Shown: piece by piece, positions 14,701-28,305 of the stretch | How positions within the stretch are numbered: the stretch's first letter is position 1 | How the letters are laid out: every line of letters starts with the position of its first letter | The notes under the pieces: generated by a model | What the model was told of the DNA's origin: nothing | The model's database searches: none | Seen by the model: only the letters and a program-made list of their open reading frames with translations | Source: Podarcis cretensis | Taxonomy: Eukaryota | Reading direction: 5' to 3' | Assembly (NCBI GenBank): GCA_951804945.1 | Contig: OX638152.1 | Coordinates: 68,448,001 to 68,512,000 of the forward strand | Length of the DNA: 64,000 nt | Made by a program: the position numbers and the translations under genes

Positions 14701-15936
14701 GTAAACGAGACTACGACACCCGGTGCTTGTCTTGCATATCTTGACAACTGGGATATAAACAATTGGTCTGCTAAAACATTAATGCTCGTGCCATTTATTT
14801 CTTTAAAAAAAGGTTTCTTAATCATGCAGAATGAATGATACAACATTCTGAGGATATAGGTCTGCACTACTTGTTGTGAGGCTAAGTGGTTCTGTGGATA
14901 GCCAGTTGAGAGATAATGGTATTTCTCCTCCCACCCCTTCAGTAGCTGGAATACATAGTGCTGAAAAATTATTTCATCAGGCCATATCAATTTTGCATAA
15001 AACATATCAATATGGTAAACACTAGGATACAACGTATAGATAAGTAATCAAGGATTAATATGCCAGGCTTCCTTTGAATAAGGAACAACTGCAAAAATAG
15101 TGCCCTCAGAATAGGCTGTCTCCTATCTTTATTGCTAAGGCATCATACTGACAGGGCTGATGTGGTCCATAGCATCTCTCTCCTCTAATCAGTTTGTCTA
15201 ACTGCAACTGAGTTACAGTGACAGGCAGTAACACACAGCTGCCAGTTATAAAAGCACCTATTCCAGGCAGGTTGGGCAGGTTTGCCGCCTTATGCTGCCT
15301 TCCATGTCATTCCATGCATGTGGGTAACAAGGGCGCACACAGGTTTTTAAATGTGTGGAGCATCCCTCAGTTACGACTGTGGGCTAGAATAATGTTAATA
15401 GAGGTTGCAGTGGTGCTGATGGAACTGCTGTGGTGGTGGCCCTAGTCTCACTCAGAATAATAATTTTGGATTTGTTCATTCTTTTCTCTTGGCTGGCATG
15501 GATAAAAATTGCCCTGAATAAGCTGCACATGAGGCGACCAGCATCCAGTTACTAAGACTAACCTTTTTTTCCAGTCACAATCAGAGAGATGAGCGCAAGT
15601 TTCCTGTATGCAGAATCTGATTCCCACTAGGTTTCTTCCATGCTACCATGGTCACACCTGTGTTCACAGTTGTGTGAAGGAACCTGGCCTTTAGGTTCAA
15701 CTGGCAGTGTTATGTTGCAGCAACACTGGCACAGACTCCTTGTCTGAATAGCTTGAAGTGCCATAGGTTTTGACATTGGACTTGCAGAGTACTCACTACG
15801 TCCCCTCAAAAATATTTGTTGGTGCAGTGACTCATGGAATCAGACCTTCCTCCACACTAGGCAGCCTCCCGAGAGTTATATTTGTTAATGTGCCATGGAG
15901 CTCCTAGGACAATGATTTTCCTCTTTACTGTTATAG

Positions 15937-16002
15937 TTCTATTTGTCTTACCACCTGTTCATTGTGGCGTGTGCTGGAGCTGGTGCTACTGTCATAGCCC
16001 TG
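15937..16002 (+). CDS. GPM6B: GPM6B internal exon (66 nt, TM4)
   Basis: tatag|FYLSYHLFIVACAGAGATVIAL|gtgagt. Confidence 0.95.
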
Positions 16003-16725
16003 GTGAGTACCATCATCCTCTCTCTCTCATAAAATAACCACATATTCCCTTTTCAGATGTAATCTTTAAAATATTGCTTAACTTAAACTAAGTAATAATT
16101 TTTGTGTTTGTTGGCACCTGATTGTAGTTTTCTCAGGATATTCCAAATAGCAGGCAAGTGCTTACATTTCCCAGTAAAGCTTTGCACCAAAGCAAGCTTT
16201 AAAATGGTTTTGTTGTTTTTTGCTATTCGTTTACCTCCATCCTGTTGCATGGCCAATTTATGGCATTTTTGGATATAGCTATTTTGCCATTAGTATGTAG
16301 AACTTCCCAGCATCAGGACACTACAGACAGAGGTTTCCTACCTTTGAAAATAGTTTTAATTAATACTCCTGTCTTTACTTCCTTTAAGTATTTTGGGGAG
16401 TATGAAAGGTACCTGAATGTACTGAAGCTAGTTAGTCTGATTAAAAACAAGACCCATTTATAGTCAATGAACTGCTGCAGCAACCTGCTTTCAATCTTCT
16501 GTTGCCAAATTCATTTAAAGTCATAATTTATCAATGTACTTCCCACTGAAACAACCAGGGACCCTTACATAGCTTAGGTAAAGCAGAGCTAGTCATTTTT
16601 GCCATAGCTCTCATTGAAATCTGTGCCTGACACAGTATAAATTTTCATTCTAACACAAAGAACTGCCTAAAAGGTCAGTAGAATTTGTTGTCTCTTATAC
16701 GCTGTGTTTTGTTCTCTTCCACCAG

Positions 16726-16806
16726 CTGATCTACATGATGGCTACCACATATAACTATGCCGTTTTGAAGTTTAAGAGTCGGGAAGATTGCTGCACTAAA
16801 TTCTAA
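16726..16806 (+). CDS. GPM6B: GPM6B alternative terminal exon (short, DM20/PLP-like C-terminus)
   Basis: ccag|LIYMMATTYNYAVLKFKSREDCCTKF* (TAA 16804-16806); not in the ORF track. Confidence 0.93.
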   Translation: MIYMMATTYNYAVLKFKSREDCCTKF

Positions 16807-18071
16807 ATTGCATAAGCCCAGTAAAGAGCTGCACTGTGTAGCTTGAAAAACCACTGACACCCTAGACTAAAGAGTCTAGCTTTTTTGAAGTTTGTTACAG
16901 TAAACTGTAAATAGCTTCAGTAAGCATCTTTAAGCATTTTAGATTAATTCAAATTTATTTCTTGTATATGAATAATGATGTGGGTGAGAGCTGGCTATTT
17001 TCTATACTATGAGAGGATTGTTATTTTCAGTGATGTTGTAAATCATCCCTTTAAAGGAAGGAGGGCTTTCATTTAACATCAAGCTATATTTTTTTCTAAC
17101 AATCATCTCTGAAATAATTACTGGATCAATTAAGGGCCTGTAATAAGTTATTTTGTCTCTGCTGTTCACTAATCTGAAAAATAATAAAGCATCTGTTCTA
17201 CAAATAGATGACACACAAGATACATGCTTGATTCTTGATAACTGTCAGTGCCTACCTTTTAGATTGTTGTCAAAGGGCTCTTCTAAAGTACCACACATTT
17301 GCCTCTCATTTTTACTGTATAACACAAGCCCTTTGGGTTTTTACTGGTCAAATGTTTTGAGAGACAACTAATTAGGCTCACTGAAGAATACCCTTTTCAT
17401 TAGCTGACATTTTCATTTCCCCCCCAAAATAAGAAACAAAAGCCATGCAGTTCTGTAGCAAAAGCATGGAAACAAGTTCATTCCACGCCAACCCTGGCCT
17501 ATGAGAAATAGAAAACATCAACTTTTGTGGCACAGGCTATGTGCTACTAACTTACTTGTCAGTGATCAGCTTCCAAAGTTTAACCATGCAGCACGCAAAG
17601 CAAACCCTTTTATATAGAAAGCTGCATTTTAGGAAAAAAAAAACTTTTTGCCCCAGTGAGTATGGCGGAACACAACTTTTCTAAGAGGATAACTATATAA
17701 AATTTCCACATTACAATTTTCCTTTACTCAAGAGGATGGGGGAAGAAACAGGGAAAGGAAGAAACGATCACAGATTTATCTTGAGTTGCTCTTCTAGGCT
17801 TCAGCATGTAAACTTGCAATGTATTTTCAAAGCTTTTCCGTTTCTGTTGTTCTTTCGCATTAACTGCTTTTGTTCCTATTTCCTACTAACTTTTGCCAGT
17901 ATCTACTTAGTAGTATTAAGCATGCAAAATTCTAGATATCTTTAGAAATAAGCCTCTTTGCCTTTTTTAATATTTAATAATGTAGAATAACTTTTAAAAA
18001 TTAATATTACTAGCTGCCTGCTTTGCCTCTTGACATGCTCACTAGCCATCATGCTCACCCTTCTCTTCCAG

Positions 18072-18221
18072 ATACACTTCCTCATGATACTGTCCTCTAA
18101 CTGGGCCTACTTAAAGGATGCGAGCAAAATGCAGGCTTACCAGGATATCAAAGCAAAAGAAGAACAGGAGCTTCAGGATATCCAGTCTCGGTCCAAAGAG
18201 CAACTCAATTCTTACACATAA
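18072..18221 (+). CDS. GPM6B: GPM6B alternative terminal exon (long, M6a-like C-terminus)
   Basis: ttccag|IHFLMILSSNWAYLKDASKMQAYQDIKAKEEQELQDIQSRSKEQLNSYT*. Confidence 0.95.
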   Translation: MHFLMILSSNWAYLKDASKMQAYQDIKAKEEQELQDIQSRSKEQLNSYT

Positions 18222-19800
18222 ATGTTTGCCAGAAGAATTTTGTAGCTCTGACAAATCATCAAGCAGCTGCTCTGCAGAACAGATGCATGTCCAAGCAAAT
18301 GCAGAAGTATAAAAACTTCACATTCATGCTCCTGGGCCATGATCATAGGGAAAATTTGCAGTGGATATCCTCCATTCCTTTAGCACTGCGATTGGAGGGT
18401 TTTTTTTGGGGGGGGGGAGGGAGGGGAGAGAGGTTGTCTCTAGGCCACTTTAGAAAAACATGCTACCAGGTCAAGGATCTTTATGGATATCTCTTGGCAA
18501 TTATAAAAGAATTACTGAAGGAACACGCTCCTTTCAAAACAGGCTACCACAGTTGGTATCCAGCCCTGTAATGACTAAAAGATTTTAAAGGCTGTATATA
18601 ATTACACAGATGTAAGTAACTAAGATTCTAGTATAACTAGTTATTCCCTTTCTTCTGAATACTGATAGTTGTGCTTATTTGATACGGTTTCAGGAAGTTA
18701 CAAATAATCTTATTCAGACTCTGTCAAAATTAAAACTGGATTTTGTGGACTAAATGCCAGAAGTGTTATTTTCTGAGCCACTCCCTTTTCATTGATGCTG
18801 TAATGAGCCACTGTTGTTCTACTGCACTTACCAGAGTAAGCTGGGCACTGTTGCCCAGAGTTTGTTTTCTTTTAATTTTATACCGTTTGATGGAATGTAG
18901 ACAGACCCTTGGATCAGGATAATGATCCCCTTCTCAGAAAATAAATGTCAGCTTTGCCTTAATATTTATTTTCTATAAATGTCTGAAGCATTTATATAGC
19001 AGTGGGAGATCATTATCATGTATTTTATCAAAGCAGAAAGTGTTACCTTGTTGAAATTATACTGATATAATTGTTTCAAGTGAGCAGATAACAATTTGTA
19101 GAACATAAAAACCCATAGCCATACAGAGCACAGGTCAACCACCCGTCTCAATTTTGGTGCTCAGCACGTTTATAGACAGTGCTTATTTGTTTTCTCTTTT
19201 AAGAAATTTGGTGTTCAGTAAAATATTGGGTGCCATTTTAAAAGTGTTTCCCACAAAATCTGCCTTCTAACATTTTCAGAAACATTCAGTGCTAGCTTGA
19301 GTACTAGTGATGGTATCTTTGGTGTGCTTTTTTTAAATAAAAAAATATATAAATGTTGGAGAAACTTTAAGTACATCGGTGAGTTTTAAATCAGTAAAAA
19401 AGTCAAGTCATACATCCATGTTAATGTGTGGTTTGATTAGTTTTGAACGTTTGCTGAATATTAACCATGCTCCTGTAGCTCATACAGAAGTGTATAAAGA
19501 TAAAGGAAGCACATGTTTCTTTAGAAAGTTTTTAAAGGAAAAAAATATTAATGTGGAAAAAACTTCAGGTATTACCTTGCGTTTGAGTTTGTTACATGCC
19601 TAATCTGACTTTCTTTTTAAAGAGGCAAAATCTATATAGAGCAGATAAAAAATAGCTTAGTGTTTGTTTTTACCTGTTGCATGAAGGAAACAAATTTCTA
19701 CAGCAATGCAGGTGATGTTCTTACTAGTCCAGTGTTTGCATAAAGGTAACGGACAGTGTCTTAAAGCCTAATTCTTTTCTAATTCTATGTAGCTATTTAC

Positions 19801-19981
19801 NNNNNNNNNNNNNNNNNNNNNNNNNNNNNNNNNNNNNNNNNNNNNNNNNNNNNNNNNNNNNNNNNNNNNNNNNNNNNNNNNNNNNNNNNNNNNNNNNNNN
19901 NNNNNNNNNNNNNNNNNNNNNNNNNNNNNNNNNNNNNNNNNNNNNNNNNNNNNNNNNNNNNNNNNNNNNNNNNNNNNNNNN
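19801..19981. other. Assembly gap (181 N)
   Basis: Run of N between the GPM6B and OFD1 3' ends. Confidence 1.
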
Positions 19982-21500
19982 TTGTGTATGCTTATTTTAA
20001 GAAGGTTTTGAAACAGTTGTAGCAGTATAGACAGCCATCCCAAAGCTAGTGTTTCGGTGACACATAATTGGAAGTAAAAATATGGCAACCAACGGACATA
20101 GGAAGATAGACCTTTCCCTGCATCTTATCAAGATGTGATATCCTTCAGTGCTAGGGTGCTTCTGGACTGAGTCTGACTTTCAAAAAGTGTGCACATTATT
20201 TGGTATATGCATTTGCTACTATCAGTTTACCTTTGGGGCAAAAAACAACAATATTGTATTTCACAGTTCAGGTTTGATACAGTTTGACATAAACATAAAT
20301 TTGTTAGTTTCTGTCTCTTAAGAAATGAGAGCAGTCAAATTAGCAAACACAGATATGCAAAAGTGTTTTGAAAGATGCTAATCTGCAAGGGCCTGTTCTC
20401 AGTAATTGATTTTGAAATAGAGTACTATTTGCTCAACTTTGTCTTAGGAGAACTGCTGCTTGAGGCATGCCTGGTGTCTCTCATAAGCTCACTGCAAAAT
20501 TTTCCCATCTATAGTGTGTTTCATTATTTTCGTGTGGCGTGGTCAAACTACATGAAGCCAGGATATATTTCAACTTCCAAAATCTCTGGCATTTCAACAA
20601 ATCAGGTCCCATCGATTCATCTGTACCAGCATTTCCCACTAATTACAAAGCTTGTAAAGTGGGAATATTCTTTCATCACTTTCCCAAGGAACTCTCCTCT
20701 AAAATGAGTTGATAATATGATTTAATTTTAGTGAGTTCAGACAGTTGCCCCAGTTTTTCAGGCCAGTTTCATACTATGACAGCCATTTCCAAAATTTAAA
20801 CATCATAATAGTGTAAATCATCGTTTTCAATACCATGTACTTTTAACAGGAAGTAGTCCCAATCACAAGAACTTAATTTTTAAAGTGTGCTTGACTGAAC
20901 TCTTGCTGATGCCCTAGTTTGTTTTTAAAGAGTAGCTAAAGGATGTGCAGCAGCAGGAAATTGTAGCGTCACTATTCAAAAGTCAAAAGCTGCTTAAGCA
21001 CATCACCCCAAAACTTAAATGTCTAAACACAGTTTTCATTCTAGAGCTTTGAGCTATGCTTATATAGACAGCTGGTCAATCATCTGTAAAGTCTGTAATA
21101 TAAACTCTGGAAGAAAATATTTCAAATAGATTTAAACACAGAATTTTCTATGACTGCTGCTTTATTCTTTTAAAAATATTAATTTGTAAAACAAGGTAAA
21201 CCAACCTGATTTGAATGTTTCCCCCACTGCCTCTATAAAAAGCTATTTTTATTGTACTGGCATATTTTAAACACGTAAAATTGGTTGTTCAGGTAGGAAG
21301 CAATTCTCTGAAACACTGTTTCAGTAGCACTGATAGCAACTTTGTGCCAACAAACAGCAATGTTTCACTTTTAGTATGTTCTTCCTGAATTATGCAGATG
21401 GCAATATTCCAATGTTCAGAATCTCACCCTAGTTTGTGGTGCTTCCTCTGATGAAAAAGAAGTGCACTTCTCTGGTTAGGGAGCCCCTGCTAATCAATAT

Positions 21501-21552
21501 TCACCAGAAATCATCATCAGGCTCTCCATGAAGAGTGGCTGCAGCACTAAAG
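21501..21552 (-). CDS. OFD1: OFD1 terminal exon
   Basis: ttccag|FSAAATLHGEPDDDFW* (TGA 21503-21501); minus-strand AATAAA at 21253-21248 and 21166-21161. Confidence 0.9.
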
Positions 21553-21962
21553 CTGGAAAACAGATAATAATGAATTTTGAAACAGTCTAATACACTTCTC
21601 CTTCTTAGGATTCCCATCTACCCTTCCCTCACACAGCATACACATCAAATCATAAGTCCCCCAATCATCTAGAGGAGGTTTTTTTTAGGGGGAGGGATAA
21701 TTTGGACACTTATAGGGATGTGGTGAAATCTCCTTCCCCAACATCTGCTATCACAAACAATCTATAAATAGGGACCTGCTCAAATTAACAAATCTTAATT
21801 CAACTGCAATACAGTAAAGATTACCAGACAAGTGTAATTAGTATGCAATTAAAAGTGTTTATTGGAAAGGATTTGTTTTAATGCAAAAAGGCCCCACTTG
21901 ATAAAAAAAGCAAAAATAAATAAATATGAACCATACACGTCAAGCACTAGAAAGATGCATAC

Positions 21963-22024
21963 CTGTCCTCCTTTCCACTACCTGAGAGTTTCTCAGAAAA
22001 TACTTCAGCTTCTTTCTTGAAGTC
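21963..22024 (-). CDS. OFD1: OFD1 exon 22 (62 nt)
   Basis: attag|DFKKEAEVFSEKLSGSGKED|gtatgc. Confidence 0.87.
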
Positions 22025-23716
22025 CTAATAGAGAAAAGAAAGTTGTTACTGGTTGCTTTTGTGTGGTCTCCACATTCCACTGCTACTCAAAAAACAGGAA
22101 TATGATTAGGTACTTAAAATTACCCTAAATGCTATACAGAGAGTAGAAAGGGCAGGTCACTGCCACGATGCATTATCATCTAACAGATACAATGCAAAAG
22201 GGCGGGAATGAAGGTGAACACACACATTCATGTTCTAGCTTGTACACAGCAAGGTGGAATGGCTGCTGGAGTGGGGCAGTTCTAGGAGTGAAGGTGCTAA
22301 ATGGCAATTGGTCTTCTTTTCTCTCTGCTTTCAACCAATAGAAACAGCCACTGATAGAGACACAATCTTACTGACTGCAATGGGGGTTTTTGGTCTTTAT
22401 TTCAAAAATAGCATGCTTATGTCTGAACAGCTTTGTAATGGAATTTGTTATCATAAATTTTAGTTTGGCATATTTCACGTGTCCTGTTATTGGTTTTCTA
22501 CCATAGTATGACCTTTTCCAGACAAAATTTTGTGGTCTCCATAGGTCTGTGGGTAATCTTAAACCTGTATGTTTAAACTGTTTAAAACCAGAATGTACAC
22601 ACTTAAGTATTTGCCCACTATTTTTTCTAGTATCATTGCCAAATTCAAATGATCTTGTATTTGTCAAAAGTGATCAGTGAATAAAAGATTAAGAAAGTAG
22701 TTTGATGCAAGAATTTGTATGTTACAAGACCAAGCAGAGATCACTGTACCGCAGCGTGATGGAATTATAGTGGTATCACTGCGTATTACCAATTCAAAAT
22801 GACTAACATAGATCAACAGTAGAACAGATGTGGGGAACCTCCAACTGTTACTGTACTACAAATACCTATTATTACTGACCACAGACCAGGAGTTGGGAGT
22901 TCAACAGCATCTGGAGGGCCACAGGTAAGCCCCCCCCCCCACAGTAACAAATGACAGCGCTTTCCAGTGATTCGTTTAGATTGCTTACAGCATTCAGTCC
23001 TGGATATTTTGATGCACAGAGAGGATCTAACATTCTACTGTTCCTTTTTGAATCTGATATCATACAGGAAAAAAGTGTAGCTATAAACAACAGGTTTTGC
23101 CAAGCTGAACTCAAGTGTGGCTACTAGAAATTTACTGTATATGCATGAAGCATGACTCATTAGGCCAAAAAGCTATAATCAAGGAAGTATGATGGCTTGG
23201 AATCCGTCCTTGTAAGCTAATCATTAATTCAGCTGAAGATGGTTAATTCTGGATAACCGCAAAGCAAGCTGCAGAAGAATCAGCTCAACTGCAAATATCC
23301 ACAAGGTTTGCAACAACAATCTAGTACATTGGAAATTTTTGTTGGTTATTAACCGAAATAATTTGGCAATAGACTATTAAATGACCTCAAGTGGGGGAAA
23401 CATAAGGTAGACTTTATATCCCAAGTTTCTGATACAACAAAAGCTAGACCTCAACATTTTAAATTAATTAGATCTTGTTCTACTCTTTAGTTGGTTGTGT
23501 ACATGCTATCTTGCATGCTTGCTTGTCCAGTGTGAAAAAGACAAAGGAACTACTGAGATTGTTCTTGGAGTACGTGAGTTCCCAAACTAATACATCTCAG
23601 GTGCATTAAACCACCATCTTGTTGACGCTAAGCACATTTGGTTCAGATCAGAACCTAGATGGGAGACCTCCTATTAACCACAGGACATTAGATGTAAGAA
23701 TAATGGACAACATCAC

Positions 23717-23881
23717 CTCATTTGCAAACTCCTGCTCCCGATTCTGCTGTATTATTTTCATGTATTTTTCCAGTGGATTAGGAATAGCATCACCACCATG
23801 CTCTTCAGACTTTGAGATAATGGTTTCCATATCTGCTACATCTTCATGCTTTTTCTCGGTTTCCACTGACTCTTGCATACA
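23717..23881 (-). CDS. OFD1: OFD1 exon 21 (165 nt)
   Basis: CMQESVETEKK...NPLEKYMKIIQQNREQEFANE|gtgatg; acceptor aaaag is atypical but in phase. Confidence 0.85.
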
Positions 23882-23993
23882 CTTTTATGAAACCAAATGA
23901 ACACCATAAAACATTTTAACAGAGAAGAAAGGAATGCTCCACTTAAATGTGGCCCACTGGTAACATAATCCTACCTACACTCAGCATCCTATA

Positions 23994-24221
23994 CAGTGGT
24001 ACCTCGGGTTAAGTACTTAATTCGTTCCACAGGTCCATTCTTAACCTGAAGCACTACTTTAGCTAATGGGGCCTCCTGCTGCTGGTGCCATGCCGCCAGA
24101 GCACGATTTCTGTTCTCATCCTGAAACAAAGTTCTTAACCCGAGGTACTATTTCTGGGTTAGCGGAGTCTGTAACCTGAAGCGTATGTAACCTGAAGTGT
24201 ATGTAACCCGAGGTACCACTG
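23994..24221. mobile_element. Tc1/mariner-pogo (Tigger-like) MITE
   Basis: TIR CAGTGGTACCTCGGGTTA / TAACCCGAGGTACCACTG, flanked by TA on both sides. Confidence 0.88.
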
Positions 24222-25393
24222 TACTTTTATAAGGCTCTTAAAGGACTATATTTAAGAAACAGCACAAAATTAGTTGCAGCAAATTGCCTGCAATAATGAT
24301 GTCTCTTCAAACACAAGTTAAATCCTCACAGTAATCAATAAGTGGCTTACTTCAACCAGAACTAAACTACATTTGATTATCAAATCCCCCATTTTACAGA
24401 AGCGCAACTGGCCTCAACTAGAAGTTGGGCATTTGATGTTGCAATCCCATGCTATAGAGAACATTCTTCCAACAGATTCAGCAGGCACCCTTGCTATTGA
24501 CTTTCAGGTGACACTTGAAGGCCTTTTATTAATGTTGAAAGCTCACTGTAGCAGCTTAATTTTCTAATTGCCAGTGACCTTAACCATTATCTGTATTTTG
24601 CTTTCTCAGATGGTGTTTTATGTCTTTAATGTTACACACAGTCCTGATATTTTATATGGTGGTTTAGAAATACTTGCATAAAAAAGTAAAACAGCTAAAT
24701 GCAAAGTATTGTTAGAAAGTCAGTTCTCCAAGAGAATGTTTGTACTGGTCCCTTTCCCCAGAACATATACTAAGAACAACTGATGCAGTTTACTTTCCAT
24801 CTTTGGTGGTGTCAGATTAATGTGCCATATCTTGGTTTTATTACTGAAATGGTAAGAAATGCTGACCACATAGTTCCTCATGAGGAAGTCCACTGGATGA
24901 GAAGGACTCCAGCCTGCCATTAGAAGTAGCAGGGCTGCAGCCTCCTAGCATCAGAGCACCCCAAGACAGCATACTCTCAGAAGTGATCATTTATAAAAAT
25001 TCCTATTCTGCACAAAGAGCTTCAAAAATAGCTGCTCTTCCAAAAGGAAATATTCAAAGGTTGTCCAGTTTATTTTTATTTGTAAAACACTTTACTTTTA
25101 CCAGTACTAAGGCACTATGAATAATCCAATATAATAAATTTGATTTCTGTTCAACCAGGGTGGGTGGGATATAGTGGGGATATAATAGAGCAGGGAAAAC
25201 CCAATTTAATGCAGCTTTACAGCAGCTTACTCATATCCCTGGCAAATCAATATGGTGGTAAAATGGCAGGTGGCAAATAGCTTCTGATCTATCAATCTCC
25301 ACCGGAAGGAAAACAAGTTCTGCAGAAATTCTATCAGCACACTACACGCAACGGCCACTCCACAAAACTGCCTCTGAGAATCTGTTGTCTATA

Positions 25394-25622
25394 CAGGCAG
25401 CCCCCCTGTTTACACAGGGTTTACGTTCCGAGGCACTGTGTGCATCGGTTCAATTGCGTATAACTGAAACCCACTGAAAAAGCCTGCAAACACCCCACCC
25501 CCATTGCGCCCTTTAAGTGATGTCTTTATGGCGTTTCCAGGTCACTTCTGGGTTCGGCGTGATGTGAGTTTACAAAATCAAACTCATACTGGACGCATGT
25601 AAATGGGGGGGGGGGCTGCCTG
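25394..25622. mobile_element. Tc1/mariner-type MITE
   Basis: TA|CAGGCAGCCCCCC ... GGGGGGCTGCCTG|TA. Confidence 0.8.
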
Positions 25623-25707
25623 TATCTACAGTCCTAGTCCAGAAAAAGAAAGTACTCTTTAGTTTATAATAACTATTTTAAATCACCAAGACTCTGAAAT
25701 GCATTAC

Positions 25708-25886
25708 CAATTCTTCATTTGCTTTTTCCAGTTCTCCTTGCTTTCTTTCCAAAGTGTCCTGCCTCTCTTGCTGCCTTTTTCCTTCCCTCTCTTCCCATTT
25801 TTGCTCCTCCTGCTCCTCCTCCTCTTCTTCTTCCTCCTGTTCTTCAGGATGCTTTTGTTTCTCCAGGGCTGTTATTTCTGCTCCAC
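25708..25886 (-). CDS. OFD1: OFD1 exon 20 (179 nt, Glu-rich)
   Basis: GAEITALEKQKHPEEQEEEEEEEEQEEQKWEEREGKRQQERQDTLERKQGELEKANEEL|gtaatg. Confidence 0.88.
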
Positions 25887-26823
25887 CTAATACATAGAGG
25901 GCAGTATTAAGCAAAGAAAGACAGTTTTGCATTCTGAAGCATTAAATCAAACAGTTGGATGCATATTATTGCATATTATTCCAAACAAATAGGTACTTAA
26001 CAGTGCACAGAAAAGACTAATAATCCAGAGAAGCAGAATATGTCAAGTCCTGCACAAACTGTATTCAGCTTCCTTTACCTCCATTTAATGTATATTGGTG
26101 ATTTTCCAACTCTATGGCTGCCCAATAAACTCTCTACATAAGACTGTGCAATATCACTCAGCTACAGAAAACCTGCCTGTGCCTAGTCATCATGATGGTG
26201 CAGTAGGGTACAGAAATATATTAATGGTTAGGGTACATTTTGTTGAAATGTCACAAAAGAAAACAAAATTTCAAGTACAGCAGTTACAGCTGTCTAACAG
26301 AAATAGTAGGCTTGAGAAGAGGACTGCTGCAGGGCTCCATGTCACAAATATTACCCTTTCAGCTGCCCCAATATGCAAACAAGAAACATGTTACTTCATA
26401 GAGCTTCTGTTTCTCTCAACATTTGCCCTCTGGAATCCCTATCTTTCCATACAAATTGTTGAAAGTAGTGCACTATGCAGGGAGAATAGTCACGATCAAA
26501 CTCACTCCCCACCCATCTCGGGTTCCCCTAGGTTCCTTTGTTAAGCCCTCTACCCTTGTTGCCTTATCTCCAAATGTCTAACATAATTGTGTGCCTTTCT
26601 GTTACAGATATGGAGAAGCTTAAAAATTATGTTCTTAAGTTGACTGAAGCAGCTCTAAACTGAAATATATTATGAAGATATTCTGTTATGGACAGTAGCC
26701 AGTTTAAAATAATACCATTTACTGTATTTCAGACAAGATGCTGCAAAAGCTTCGGTTTCCATATACTTTGATAAACAAGCCATCTAAAATGGCTATTCAC
26801 ACTTGTTTGAGCTGAAAACTCAC

Positions 26824-26940
26824 TTATTTCCTGCTGTGAAGTGCCCGCTGCTGGCACAGTAGCCGGAACATGGCTTCCACTAACAATATGAGATGGATGT
26901 GACACATCACTTTCGAGCTGTTCTGGAATGTCCTCTTGAT
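26824..26940 (-). CDS. OFD1: OFD1 exon 19 (117 nt)
   Basis: ctctag|QEDIPEQLESDVSHPSHIVSGSHVPATVPAAGTSQQEI|gtgagt. Confidence 0.85.
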   Translation of the reverse strand: MKRTFQNSSKVMCHIHLILLVEAMFRLLCQQRALHSRK

Positions 26941-28099
26941 CTAGAGGAGAAGTAGGAACAATGCCCTCATTATTCTGCAATTATCAAAGCAGGGCAAAGA
27001 AATGGACACAGTGTGGGAATGACTGAGTTCAGAATGCATAAGTGTAAGCCATTAATTAAGTGCTCTTCTTGGCCAAGCCAACCATTACCCTAAGAATGAA
27101 GAAACTTCAAATGGGCTGTTTTAATCAGAATCATGGGACTGTCTGGCTTGGAAACTAGTTCTTACAATATGTTTCCTAAGCAAAGAGTCAAAACAGCTTC
27201 ATCTCAATGTGGACTTTGTAGGATTAAAATCCACCAATGAGACACAAGCATGAATGCAAAATATGGAGAGCCTGGTTGCATTTGAGTCACTTCCATAAAA
27301 CAAAACTTTCAAGTTTCCTATAGTTTTGCCTCTTCTCAGGCTGGAGTTTATTGGTGTTTGGTAGGGCTTGCAAGCATCATGTCCCTCTCCAGTTGTTTCA
27401 ACTCCTCTATCACCATACATAAACATCACTGTCAGAAAGGTTCTGTCAGAAAGCAGCAGTCTGTTATCTTTTAATACCAGGTTTTTCATTACTGTTATTA
27501 TATACATCTTGTTTTTATAATGAACAGCAACATCTGAAGGGCCACAACTGCCATCACCCCTAAGCAATGGCCACATAGACTGTGGCTCATGGGAGTTACA
27601 GTCCAATACCATCTGAAGTGCCAAAGGTTCTCCATCCCCGATACAGATTATATCAAAATATAACCTGGCTAATTTACAGGCTCAATATCCAGACGATTAG
27701 TCTAAGGTACCTGTCACATGCAGCATGCCACACATCTTACAATTTTTTTGTATACCATGCCCCCCCACCTCCTTAGCCCAAGCCTCTACTGCCAGTGATA
27801 ATGTATACATGTGTACACCCATCCTTTCATATCAATCTACAAACACTGAGAGAATCAACACGAGGAACTGTGTGATAGCAGCACAAGCCAATAAGTTATA
27901 GTTGCATTTTTTGGCAAAGCTTTAATTTGCACTCCCTCAATAGTTCTGTCCAACCAAAATTATAGTTTGTACTGTATATCCAGTGCTGTAACCCTCTCTT
28001 TCATGCACTTACTGGTTTTCCCTGTGCATTATCCAATTCAAACATTTTTCACTTTCATTAAATCACATTATTTTACATCACGTCTTCTAAGTTTTAAAC

Positions 28100-28305
28100 C
28101 AGAGCTTTCCAAACTTTTCATGTTGGTGACACACATTTAAGACATGCATCATTTTGCAAAACAATAATTCAGTTTTACTAGCAAACTGGAAGTTAAAGTA
28201 ATCCCTTTCCAGCCCCGGAAGGAGCGCAAGGAGCATTTGCGTGACACAACTACACACTGCCGCCAACACACTAATGTGTCACGACACACAGTTTGGAAAG
28301 CTCAG
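28100..28305. mobile_element. hAT-type MITE
   Basis: TIR CAGAGCTTTCCAAACT / AGTTTGGAAAGCTCAG with perfect 8-bp TSD TTTTAAAC (28092-28099 / 28306-28313). Confidence 0.88.

Larger units (their letters stand above)
8830..18221 (+). other. GPM6B: GPM6B gene (neuronal membrane glycoprotein M6-b, PLP/DM20 family), 5'-partial coding span
   Basis: Spliced exons 8830-9016, 11429-11585, 12646-12817, 14627-14700, 15937-16002, then 16726-16806 or 18072-18221; all GT-AG with consistent phases; translation recognisable as M6b. Confidence 0.97.

Noticed and set aside
14595-15032. 145-aa minus-strand ORF
   Set aside because: Antisense shadow across a GPM6B exon and intron; no domain
19768-20088. 106-aa ORF
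   Set aside because: Artefact of translating through the N gap
26095-26544. 149-aa plus-strand ORF
   Set aside because: No homology or splice support; chance ORF in an intron, antisense to OFD1
27199-27624. 141-aa minus-strand ORF inside OFD1 intron 18
   Set aside because: Starts in a decayed MITE, has no recognisable domain, and is not needed for the OFD1 frame
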